Shown one piece after another: positions 39,758 through 48,800 of a stretch of 52,048 nucleotides of DNA (within the stretch, counting starts at the first letter, position 1; each line of letters begins with the position of its first letter). Origin of the DNA: an uncultured Gardnerella sp. (GTDB lineage: Bacteria; Actinomycetota; Actinomycetes; Actinomycetales; Bifidobacteriaceae). The notes beneath the pieces are model-generated. The model saw only the letters and a program-made list of their open reading frames with translations, was not told the origin of the DNA and ran no database searches. The translations under genes and the position numbers were made by a program. The DNA is taken from assembly GCA_947254595.1 (NCBI GenBank), contig CAMYED010000001.1:1-52048 (forward strand). Reading direction: 5' to 3'.

Positions 39758-39834
39758 GCCCTATATAGTTTTGCGAGAATAGTGTAGTTTGATTGACATC
39801 TCAATGCTCGCCATCATTCAGTCGCGTGGATTCC

Positions 39835-40024
39835 GGCATTTTCGTTACGCGCATGTAAAGCAACTAACGCTTTCCCGCGCGACTACGTTATTTTCGTTAC
39901 GCGCGCGTACAGTTACTGCCGATTCTACGCACAATTCCGGCATTTTCGTTACGCGCACGTACAGCAACTAACAATTTTTAAGTCAATTACAACATTTTCA
40001 TTACAACGCTGTAAAGCCGATGTC
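39835..40024 (+). repeat. 52-bp-period array E (4 units)
   Basis: Units start 39835, 39887, 39939, 39991. Confidence 0.9.
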
Positions 40025-40086
40025 GTGTGTATATTTTCGCGGCAGAGATTTGAGATTTTTCGCACAGCTGAAGGACAGCAAGTATT
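40022..40086. repeat. Repeat module shared with 27174-27234
   Basis: 40022-40064 approximates the reverse complement of 27174-27216; CTGAAGGACAGCAAGTATT is identical at 40068 and 27216. Confidence 0.75.
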
Positions 40087-40252
40087 TAGACGTAAAATAA
40101 ACTAAGCGCAAAGAAACAGAATATACATACGCAGCACAAAACCACAGTATCGAGTAGAATAGCTTTATTGGTACGCTTTATTAAGCAGGAGAAAACGGAA
40201 GAAAAACGCAAAACTCCCGCATACGTAAGCACGTAGCGCAAAGGATACACTC

Positions 40253-42121
40253 ATGAACGAAGATGCAATTCACCAATGGCTTATTGAATGCTTTGGGCCA
40301 ATACAAGGCGAAGAAGCATGGAAACAACTCGACCAACTTCCTTTTGAGCTGCGCGAACAACTCTTAAACCAGAACCCATCCAAACTTCCAAAGCCTGACG
40401 AAGTGCGCGGCATGATGCAAGCATTCAGCGCAGGCGGATTAAACAATCCTAACGAAATGGAAGAAACACTAGAAAAAGGACCAATTAACCGAAAACTAGC
40501 GCAATCCATTGCCCTACAACATGCTACTGGAGATCAAGGCACAGTAAATGCGGAAGTTGCTGACGCAGCAAGACGCGCACTAAGCCAAGCAAATTTGTGG
40601 CTAGATATTACCTGCAAATTCAACCCTGCTCCAGGAATTCCAGACGTGCTTTCCAGAGCAGACTGGGTAAAAGGAACACTAGAAGCATGGGTAAAATTCG
40701 CTAATCCTGTAGCAAAATCAGTAAACGAAGCACTAACATCCGTTATTGAAGAACGATTCCAAGGCTTAGACGACGCCGAAGTAAAAGGCTTATTCGCAGG
40801 AGTAGTACCAATTCCACTACCGGAAGGAATGAACAATCCTGCGCAACTAATGAAACTACTCGGAAACACTTCATTCGCAATGCAATTAGGGCAAGCAGCT
40901 GGAGCACTTTCGCACGAAGTTCACGGAAGTTTCGACCAAGGACTTGCACTACTACAAAATCCTGCCGGCGGTTTAATTCCATACAATTGCATTGAATACG
41001 CAAAAGTTTGGAACATAGACATAACTGAAGTTATGAACTACTTAGCTTTACGAGAAGCCGCACACGCGCGAATTTTTGCTGCAGTACCGTGGCTTATGCC
41101 GCGATTTGAAGCACTTATTATTAAATACGCAAACGGAATAAGCATCGATTTAGAAGCAATGGAAGAACAGCTTCGCGAAGTAGAAACCATGAATCCAGAA
41201 GCTATTTCCGGAGCAGTCAACTTATCTAATATTGGCACCAACGATTCCGAAGAACAAAAGCAAGCATTACACAGCCTAGAAACACTACTTGCGCTGGTTG
41301 AAGGATGGGTTGATTGCATTACATGGCAAGCAGGAATGGCACATATTGCGCATATTGAACAGTTGCGCGAAATGATGCGTCGCGAGCGCGCTGCAGGAGG
41401 ACCAGCAGAAGTGACGTTTGAATCGTTACTAGGATTACACTTGCGTCCACGCCGAATGCGCGAAGCAACGCAACTTTGGGAAAAACTTACGCGCGAACTA
41501 GGCGTTGAAGGACGCGATAATTTATGGGGTCACCCGGATTTACTGCCAAATTTGCCGGAAAATGCGGAGAATTTGACGGGGAATGCGCCGGGAAAGTTGA
41601 CGGAGCATACGGAAAATGCGCCTGAAAATTGGGAAAATGCGGAAGAACAGCTTAGAATTATAGACTTACAAAATGAGACTAAAAATAGTGCAGAAGATAA
41701 TGCCGAAAACAATTCAGGCAATAATAAAGACGGCAATAAATCAGGAAAATTAATCGGAAATCCTGAAAAATCCGAAAAATCCGAAGAAAATAGCGGAACT
41801 GCAGGTAGCGAAACTGCAGACAGCGCAAACGAAAGCAGCGCAAACGAAAGCAGCGCAAACGAAAGCAGCGCGAACGAAAGCAGCTATAAATTTGCCGGAA
41901 ATGCTGGAAATGCTAAAAAATTTACGGAAGACGATTTAGTCGGAAACGATTGGGATGCCGAGCTTAGCAAGCTTTTGGAAGAAGACGCGCGCCAAAAGAA
42001 ACAAAGCAACAATCCATACGAAAACTCTGGAAGCAACAGCGGCGATGGCGGCGAAAACAACAGCGGAGACGATAGCAAAGACGACAACGGCAGCAACAGC
42101 GGCGAAAACAAGACCGAATGA
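40253..42121 (+). CDS. Putative zinc-dependent metalloprotease (actinobacterial zincin-like family) with acidic low-complexity tail
   Basis: ALREAAHARIF, VEGWVD, RRERAAGGPAE, LRPRR; ANESS x4 tandem repeat near 41824-41884. Confidence 0.8.
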   Translation: MNEDAIHQWLIECFGPIQGEEAWKQLDQLPFELREQLLNQNPSKLPKPDEVRGMMQAFSAGGLNNPNEMEETLEKGPINRKLAQSIALQHATGDQGTVNAEVADAARRALSQANLWLDITCKFNPAPGIPDVLSRADWVKGTLEAWVKFANPVAKSVNEALTSVIEERFQGLDDAEVKGLFAGVVPIPLPEGMNNPAQLMKLLGNTSFAMQLGQAAGALSHEVHGSFDQGLALLQNPAGGLIPYNCIEYAKVWNIDITEVMNYLALREAAHARIFAAVPWLMPRFEALIIKYANGISIDLEAMEEQLREVETMNPEAISGAVNLSNIGTNDSEEQKQALHSLETLLALVEGWVDCITWQAGMAHIAHIEQLREMMRRERAAGGPAEVTFESLLGLHLRPRRMREATQLWEKLTRELGVEGRDNLWGHPDLLPNLPENAENLTGNAPGKLTEHTENAPENWENAEEQLRIIDLQNETKNSAEDNAENNSGNNKDGNKSGKLIGNPEKSEKSEENSGTAGSETADSANESSANESSANESSANESSYKFAGNAGNAKKFTEDDLVGNDWDAELSKLLEEDARQKKQSNNPYENSGSNSGDGGENNSGDDSKDDNGSNSGENKTE

Positions 42122-42130
42122 TTGCAAAAC

Positions 42131-42372
42131 GGCTTTTTCTATACGCGCATGTAACGAAAATATCGCCCGAAGTCAAAAAATCGGCAACAACTTTACACGA
42201 GTGTAAAGAAACTAACGCACGCAGCCAAAAAATCGACAACAACTATACACGCGTGTAAAGAAACTAACGCAGTCAACCCAAAAAACGGCAGAGACTATAC
42301 ACGCGTGTAAAGAAACTAACGCACACAACCGAAAAAACGACAGAGACTATACACGCGTGTAAAGAAAAAGCC
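42131..42372 (-). repeat. 52-bp-period array F (5 units)
   Basis: Units start 42131, 42183, 42235, 42287, 42339; fills nearly the whole convergent intergenic gap. Confidence 0.9.
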
Positions 42373-42376
42373 GGAA

Positions 42377-43858
42377 TTAAGCCAAGAAGCGGCTAGGTGC
42401 ACGAGTCATACCCTTGCCATTATCCTTACGAACAGCATACGAAAGATGCAAAGTCTTTTCTGCACGCGTTATAGCAACATACATAAGACGCCGCTCCTCC
42501 TCCAACTCCTCATCACTAGAAGCAGAAGAAAAAGGAATAAGACCTTCAGAACAGCCAATCACGTAAACGTGACCAAACTCCAAACCCTTAACCGCGTGAA
42601 TCGTAGAAACCGTAAGCGCCGACACAGCAGAACTACTAGAATCATTATTCTGAAACTCACCCAACACATTCCGCTGCCAACCAACATCCATTCGCACACG
42701 ATACGGAATTTTTGCAGCTTTCAAAACCTTACAAAGCAACTTCTGCTGAGCATTAGTGCGAGTAAGTATTGCACAATCCCCCAATTTTGCAGCACCACTT
42801 TGAACCAGATTCCCAATCTGCTCAACAACACCAATAGCTTCCTCAAGCTCACCTTCAAAAACCTGCTGAGAAACTCGCACACCACCCTTACTTACAGCCT
42901 TAACTTTTACATAATCATCCTTATAAGGCGAAGACGCAAGAACACGATTCGCGACACCAACTATTCGCTCCGTAGAACGGTAGTCAGTATTCAAACTAAT
43001 ATCCGCACTAACCGGCGCAAATTCTTTCGGAAAATCCAGCAAATAATAGCTAGTCGCGCCCGCAAAAGAATAAATTGTTTGCGCAGGATCCCCAACCACG
43101 CAAATATCACGATTCTGCCCCATCCACAACCGTAACAATTCATGCTGCAAAGGAGACACATCCTGATACTCATCCACCGTAATCCAACCAATCGCCTGAC
43201 GAATACGACGAGCAGCATCCGGAAAATTACGCAAAATATGACAATTAAGCAAAATAATATCGTTAAAATCAATGCAATTACGCAAATTCTTTTCAGCCTC
43301 ATACGACTCATACACTTCAACAAATTGTGAAGGCTCCAAACCCGCCGGAGGAATCCTATGAGTCACCGAACAAACGCGCGCATAATCATCAGGCGCAATA
43401 AGCGAAACCTTCAACCAATTAATTTCCGCTAAAATATCTCGAGACTGAATCAACGTAACATTTGCAAAATCCGGGTACCTTTTAAGCGCTGCAGATAAAA
43501 TTTGATTAGCATCGTCAACAATAGACGGAAAAGGCGCTGAACAAACATCATCCCAAACCTTACGAATTTGATGCAACGCAGCAGCATGAAAAGTTGCAAC
43601 ACAGCCAATATTATCAACTCCAAGAGCACCAATACGCGAGCGCATTTCAGCCGCAGCTTTCACAGAAAAAGTGACAGCAAGCACGCGCTCAGAATCCCAC
43701 TTTCCCGTAGCACAAGCGTAAGCAATGCGATGCGTAATAGTGCGCGTTTTGCCCGCCCCAGCGCAAGCAATTATACGAACCGGCCCCTCTACTGCTGTTG
43801 CAGCGGATCGCTGAGCATCATCCAAACCCTCTAATAACATTCCCGGCGAAGAATTCAT
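42377..43858 (-). CDS. UvrD/Rep-family ATP-dependent DNA helicase (UvrD2-like, no HRDC)
   Basis: AGAGKT, VDEYQD, VGDPAQTIYSF, YRS, TIHAVKGLEF, EERRLMYVAITRA. Confidence 0.92.
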   Translation of the reverse strand: MNSSPGMLLEGLDDAQRSAATAVEGPVRIIACAGAGKTRTITHRIAYACATGKWDSERVLAVTFSVKAAAEMRSRIGALGVDNIGCVATFHAAALHQIRKVWDDVCSAPFPSIVDDANQILSAALKRYPDFANVTLIQSRDILAEINWLKVSLIAPDDYARVCSVTHRIPPAGLEPSQFVEVYESYEAEKNLRNCIDFNDIILLNCHILRNFPDAARRIRQAIGWITVDEYQDVSPLQHELLRLWMGQNRDICVVGDPAQTIYSFAGATSYYLLDFPKEFAPVSADISLNTDYRSTERIVGVANRVLASSPYKDDYVKVKAVSKGGVRVSQQVFEGELEEAIGVVEQIGNLVQSGAAKLGDCAILTRTNAQQKLLCKVLKAAKIPYRVRMDVGWQRNVLGEFQNNDSSSSAVSALTVSTIHAVKGLEFGHVYVIGCSEGLIPFSSASSDEELEEERRLMYVAITRAEKTLHLSYAVRKDNGKGMTRAPSRFLA

Positions 43859-43988
43859 ACTTCCATTGTTGCAGCAACATAGACGCTTATGCAAGAAAAG
43901 CAAAAATATGTGCATAACTCACATAAAATAAGCGAAAAACAATGCCGAAAATTGGCAAAATTTCGGTGCTTTGTATTACTGTGGGAGT

Positions 43989-45746
43989 GTGACACAACTC
44001 AGTAGATTCAAGTTGGCAGCACTGGCATCTGCAGCCATGCCCGAAGTACAGTTCGCAGGAACGCGCCAAAGTGAGCAAGTTAATGCCACTGACACAGCCG
44101 CGGGAATTTCTCACGCCGTAGTGCAAGATGTTTCCGGCAAACTTTATGACGTTTTTATTAGTGCCGACAGTAAAGGTCGCAAGCGTTTACACGATCGAGC
44201 TCGCGCAGCATGGACGCTGCAGCACAGCAAAGATTTAGCAGCATTAGGATTTTCATACGACACAATGATTACGTTTATTCCGGGCAAACGCGCGGAAAAT
44301 GAAAACAATTCTGCAAATGCAAGCTCTACAAATGCGCAAAGCTACACAACAACTAAACCTATGCGCAATATGTCGAATATTATTGCGAACGAAGACGATG
44401 ACGCTACCGTTCTTATTTGCGAACATTTAGAAGGAAGTGCTAGAGACTTGCGCCTTCTGACTACTGAAGATTGCGCAAATGCGGGCACAGCAATTGGCGC
44501 AATTCACCGCCTACGCCCTAATTTCGTAACTCGAGGAAAATATCCGGCATTTACTACAGGACAAATTCGCGCACAATTAACAGGATGGATTAAACGACTT
44601 CGCCAAGCAGGGCATATTCCAACAGAAATCACAGACAGCTGGTCCAGAGTGCTAGAAACTGAAGGATTATGGTCCTTCAACACTTGCCCAGTACATGGCG
44701 GTTTTGTTGATGGAGACATTCTGTTTTCAGGCTCCACAATTACAGCTGTAACAAATTGGCAGAACATGCAAATTAACGATCCAGCACGCGATTTAGCTTG
44801 GATTTTCGCAAAACTTAATGAGCAGCGACGCAACGCCGTACTTTCCGCATACGGCAGAATAATGGGCTCTCGCTTAGATAGCTTAATTATGCTACGAGCA
44901 AACCTTTGGCTGCAAATGGAACAAGTTGGCGATTTTATTCAAGCCTTACAACGCGCAGACAACACAAGCATTATTCGCTTTAAGGCACAAGTTGAGCGCT
45001 TAGCTCACGAACTAATGCGAATCAGCAATGCTCAAAACGCAAAAAATCACCACAATACTAGCAAACCTTACTCAACGATTACTGTTGGTACGCTTTTAGA
45101 AAACGACAGTACACAAAGTCGCCAAATTGAGCATAATACCCTAACCAGCAACGCTGGCAGCGCTAAAAACACTCGAAACGCTGAAAATAACGACGAAACC
45201 AACGAGCGCGATATTACGTTCGAAAACACCGTTTTAGTAGAAAGCAATCAAGACAATACTGCAGAAAGCAAAACTTCCGTTGCTGCAGCAAATGATGATA
45301 CCCACGAGCGCACAGTTCAGTATGCTGTAACTAATTCTAAAAATGATGAAGAAGCTGCGAAAGCCGCACACATTGCAGACGACACTGCAACTCAAGTGAT
45401 TTCGCACGTTGAGCCTAAATCTAAGGCAACTGCTTATGCAGATACTTCGAAAAATGCAGTAAGAGAAAAAGCAGATAATGGAACAACCAAGGAAGCAGAT
45501 AAAGAAGCAAAGCGAAATAAGACTGCTGAATCTGCTGAATCTACTGAATCTGCCGAAACTGCAGCAGTAACTTCAGTCACTTCCGAATCTTCCGAATCTT
45601 CCGAAAGCGCTAAAACTAAAGCTTCTGCAAAATCTGAAGAAAAGAAAGATCAAGAAGATGACGACAAGCCAGAAACCGTGATTATTCCGCTTCTTGAACG
45701 CGAGGAGCGAGCAATGCGAGACGCGCAAGCAGACTTAGACGAGTAG
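43989..45746 (+). CDS. APH-fold phosphotransferase family protein with long acidic tail
   Basis: GTAIGAIHRL, PVHGG, INDPARDLAW; conserved context next to uvrD2 and DUF3107. Confidence 0.7.
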   Translation: MTQLSRFKLAALASAAMPEVQFAGTRQSEQVNATDTAAGISHAVVQDVSGKLYDVFISADSKGRKRLHDRARAAWTLQHSKDLAALGFSYDTMITFIPGKRAENENNSANASSTNAQSYTTTKPMRNMSNIIANEDDDATVLICEHLEGSARDLRLLTTEDCANAGTAIGAIHRLRPNFVTRGKYPAFTTGQIRAQLTGWIKRLRQAGHIPTEITDSWSRVLETEGLWSFNTCPVHGGFVDGDILFSGSTITAVTNWQNMQINDPARDLAWIFAKLNEQRRNAVLSAYGRIMGSRLDSLIMLRANLWLQMEQVGDFIQALQRADNTSIIRFKAQVERLAHELMRISNAQNAKNHHNTSKPYSTITVGTLLENDSTQSRQIEHNTLTSNAGSAKNTRNAENNDETNERDITFENTVLVESNQDNTAESKTSVAAANDDTHERTVQYAVTNSKNDEEAAKAAHIADDTATQVISHVEPKSKATAYADTSKNAVREKADNGTTKEADKEAKRNKTAESAESTESAETAAVTSVTSESSESSESAKTKASAKSEEKKDQEDDDKPETVIIPLLEREERAMRDAQADLDE

Positions 45747-45837
45747 TAGCTGAAGTAATGAACCTGTAAGCAACTTGAACGTTAAAACGCAAAATAAGAA
45801 TAAATAAGGATAAATAAGAATTAAAGTAGGAGGATAT

Positions 45838-46056
45838 ATGCGAGTAGTGCTCGGCGTAAAAAATGTTTCCGATTCGATTGATTTTGAAACAAACCAGAGC
45901 GCAGAAGAATTGCGCAAAATGATTGACGAAAATAAAGATATGCTTGAATTTACAGACATAAACGGCAGAATTATTATGATACAATCATCGTCATTGTCGT
46001 ACGCAATTATTGGCGACACACCAAAGCACGCAGTAGGCTTCGGAGCGCTAAATTAA
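45838..46056 (+). CDS. DUF3107-family small protein
   Basis: MRVVLGVKNV...FTDINGR...YAIIG...VGFG; AGGAGG RBS. Confidence 0.8.
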   Translation: MRVVLGVKNVSDSIDFETNQSAEELRKMIDENKDMLEFTDINGRIIMIQSSSLSYAIIGDTPKHAVGFGALN

Positions 46057-46073
46057 TCCTCCAATAAAAGAGT

Positions 46074-46985
46074 TTATAGATTGCAGCCGTGGAGCAGTAT
46101 TTTGGACACTACTTCGCGGCTTGTTATTTCCTCACCCAAACGATTCTGCTTGCCGGAACCATGCCAATCCGAGCCACCAGTAACAAGCAAATCGCATTTT
46201 TGCGCTAAAGCAAGCAAACGCTGACGTTGATTTTTAGAATTTCCACGATGATACACTTCCAAACCGTCAAGACCAGCATTTGCAAAAGATATAATCTGAG
46301 CATCCGAAAGAAGAACGCGATTGCGCGAAGGATCAGCCGGATGCGCAATAAAAACAACTCCCCCAGCATGCTTAACAGCCTCAATAACATTGAACACATT
46401 CGGCGAAGGAGTTGGAATATAGTATTCGCTTTGCGGCGAAACAGGTCCCGCAAAAGCCTCAGATCGCGTTTTACACACTCCAGCTTGCACCAAAGCATCC
46501 GCAATATGCGGGCGCCCAATCGTAGTCAAATCACCCAACTTAGCCTGAGCTAAAACATCATCCCAAGTAATCGGAAAATCTCGCGACATGCGCTCAACCA
46601 TGCGCTTAGTGCGCTCAAAACGGCGCTGACGAGTAAGCGCAAACATGTTCACAATTAAAGAATCATTAGGATTGTACTGGTACGCAAGCATGTGCACGAA
46701 CACGCCGGAATCTTCCGCAGTAATCTCAGAACCAAAAAGCACTGGCATATTCGCTGCAGCAGCAGCCGAACGAAAATCCGCCCAACCGGCGGTAGTGTCG
46801 TGATCTGTAATAGCAACACCCTGCAAACCTAAAGATTTAGCCTGAATAATTAAATCTTCCGGAGTTGCAGTGCCGTCAGAATACACGGTATGGCAGTGCA
46901 AATCCCAAGAGTCATGCGCAAAATTTGCGATATTGGCTCCAGCATTATTGGAGGCGTCACCAATGTTGTTGCTAACTACAGTCAT
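46074..46985 (-). CDS. PHP-domain phosphoesterase
   Basis: DLHCHT, SDG, ITDHD, GRPH, AHP, GGSDWHG. Confidence 0.9.
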   Translation of the reverse strand: MTVVSNNIGDASNNAGANIANFAHDSWDLHCHTVYSDGTATPEDLIIQAKSLGLQGVAITDHDTTAGWADFRSAAAAANMPVLFGSEITAEDSGVFVHMLAYQYNPNDSLIVNMFALTRQRRFERTKRMVERMSRDFPITWDDVLAQAKLGDLTTIGRPHIADALVQAGVCKTRSEAFAGPVSPQSEYYIPTPSPNVFNVIEAVKHAGGVVFIAHPADPSRNRVLLSDAQIISFANAGLDGLEVYHRGNSKNQRQRLLALAQKCDLLVTGGSDWHGSGKQNRLGEEITSREVVSKILLHGCNL

Positions 46986-47133
46986 ACAATTATCGTAGAC
47001 TGTGCTATGTAAAGAGAATGAATATTCACAGTAATTATTTGCTATTAAAACATTAGTTACTAAATTGTTTGTTATTATTTTATATAATTTATATTATTCG
47101 TAATAGGTAACCTGTAGGAGTGTAGGAGAAGCA

Positions 47134-47784
47134 ATGGCGCAAAAAGACGCGGAACAAAAAAACAACGAAACAACGCTTAAAGGCTGGAGACATTCCGCAG
47201 CATGGACCTACGGAGTAATGCTATTCTTCTCCGCAGTGGCGCTAGTCACTTCACTTATTCTTTCCGCAGAAACGCTCGCATTAGCGCGCGCACCGCAAAA
47301 ACTTTTAAGCTGCGATTTTAATAGCGTAGTTTCCTGCTCCAGAGTTGCGCAAACTTGGCAGGCAGAAATGGTTAAATTCGGCGAATTAAGCTTCCCGAAC
47401 GCATTCTTTGGAATTGCTGCAGAAAGCGTGTTCGTAACGCTTGCTGTTATTGGAATGATTCGCGTTTGTGTGCCGCGATGGTTCGCAATATGCACTTGGA
47501 TTGGCGGATTTTGCGCTCTAGCTTACGCTTACTGGCTATTTTCACAATCAATGTTCGTAATTCACGCATTATGCCCGTGGTGCATTGTTCTAATGTCTTC
47601 TACTACTTTGCAATTTATGTCACTAAGCCACGCAAGCGTAAGCTCACAAAGGCTACTTACTAAACGTTTTACTTGGGTTGAAAGCTACTACCGCTTAAGA
47701 TACGACCTTCTCGTTGACGTGATTTGGATTGCAGCGTTAGTTACGCTGATTTTAAGCCAGTACGCGAAAGTAATTATTGGGTAA
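47134..47784 (+). CDS. Vitamin K epoxide reductase (VKOR) family membrane oxidoreductase
   Basis: SCDFNSVVSC, PNAFFG, CPWC redox motif. Confidence 0.88.
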   Translation: MAQKDAEQKNNETTLKGWRHSAAWTYGVMLFFSAVALVTSLILSAETLALARAPQKLLSCDFNSVVSCSRVAQTWQAEMVKFGELSFPNAFFGIAAESVFVTLAVIGMIRVCVPRWFAICTWIGGFCALAYAYWLFSQSMFVIHALCPWCIVLMSSTTLQFMSLSHASVSSQRLLTKRFTWVESYYRLRYDLLVDVIWIAALVTLILSQYAKVIIG

Positions 47785-47832
47785 GATATAAAAACTACGC
47801 GCAAATACAAAACTACGCGCAAATACACAAAA

Positions 47833-48606
47833 CTACTCGCACAATCTTTTAGCAAGTTGCTGCATGCGCTCGCTGGAATCTGAATTAGTAAGCGTAATCG
47901 AACCTTCCTGAGAATCGTCCGCAAGAAGACCGCGAGAACAAAGTATTTCACGCAAATGATTAATCGTGCCCTCATTGCCATCAACAATATTCGTGCGCGC
48001 AGGCAAAAACTCGCGGAAATAATCGCGGTAAAACACAAAATGCGTGCAGCCTAGAACAACCGAATCAATGCTGCTTAAATCATAATCGTCGAAATACTTG
48101 TGAAGCGCGTCAAAAACTATATCACGATTATTAAGTTCCCCACGCTCAACAATGCGCACCAAATCGGGGCAAGGCTGCGAAAAAATCGTATGATTCTTAG
48201 AAAAACGCTGCAATAAATCAGCAAACTTGCGCTCGCGTAAAGTAAGCTCAGTTGCAGCTACGATTACACGCTGAGACTCACCCTTACCTAAATCGCAAGC
48301 AAGCTTAAGCGCAGGTTCCATCCCAACAATCGGAATATCGTAATACGCTCGCAAATCGTTCACAGCTGCAGAAGTGGCGGTATTGCAGGCAATTACAACA
48401 GCTTTTACACCAGATTTCACAAAATTCTCAACAATTGCAAAACTGAGCTTTTTAACTTCATCAGGAGTTTTAATGCCGTACGGAGCGTTGGCAGAGTCAC
48501 CAAAATAGATAATTCGCTCGTGCGGAAGTTCAGCACGCATTTGACGAGCTACAGAAATGCCGCCTAATCCGGAATCAAAAACGCCAATTGCTGCCGACGA
48601 TGCCAT
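47833..48606 (-). CDS. murI: Glutamate racemase
   Basis: FDSGLGG, PYG, ACNTAT, LGCTHF. Confidence 0.95.
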   Translation of the reverse strand: MASSAAIGVFDSGLGGISVARQMRAELPHERIIYFGDSANAPYGIKTPDEVKKLSFAIVENFVKSGVKAVVIACNTATSAAVNDLRAYYDIPIVGMEPALKLACDLGKGESQRVIVAATELTLRERKFADLLQRFSKNHTIFSQPCPDLVRIVERGELNNRDIVFDALHKYFDDYDLSSIDSVVLGCTHFVFYRDYFREFLPARTNIVDGNEGTINHLREILCSRGLLADDSQEGSITLTNSDSSERMQQLAKRLCE

Positions 48607-48696
48607 ACGCTACCTCCTAAAAACGTTTACTATCGTAGTGACGAGCCTCAACATATAAAAGCGAAGCAATAGCAAAAATAAAAGCGAAGCAATAAC

Positions 48697-48744
48697 AAAA
48701 AACGTGCCGAGAGTATATGAACTATACACCGGCACGTTTTGTTT
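48697..48744. terminator. Terminator after ileS
   Basis: AAAAAACGTGCCG...CGGCACGTTTT. Confidence 0.75.
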
Positions 48745-48800
48745 AGTTAGCTAGATGTTATCTAGCTGTTAGATAGCTGTTAGATAGCGTTATCTGTGAC

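Noticed and set aside
43989..45746. Aminoglycoside or macrolide resistance gene
   Set aside because: Core-genome context and degenerate catalytic motifs; fold similarity alone is not evidence of resistance.
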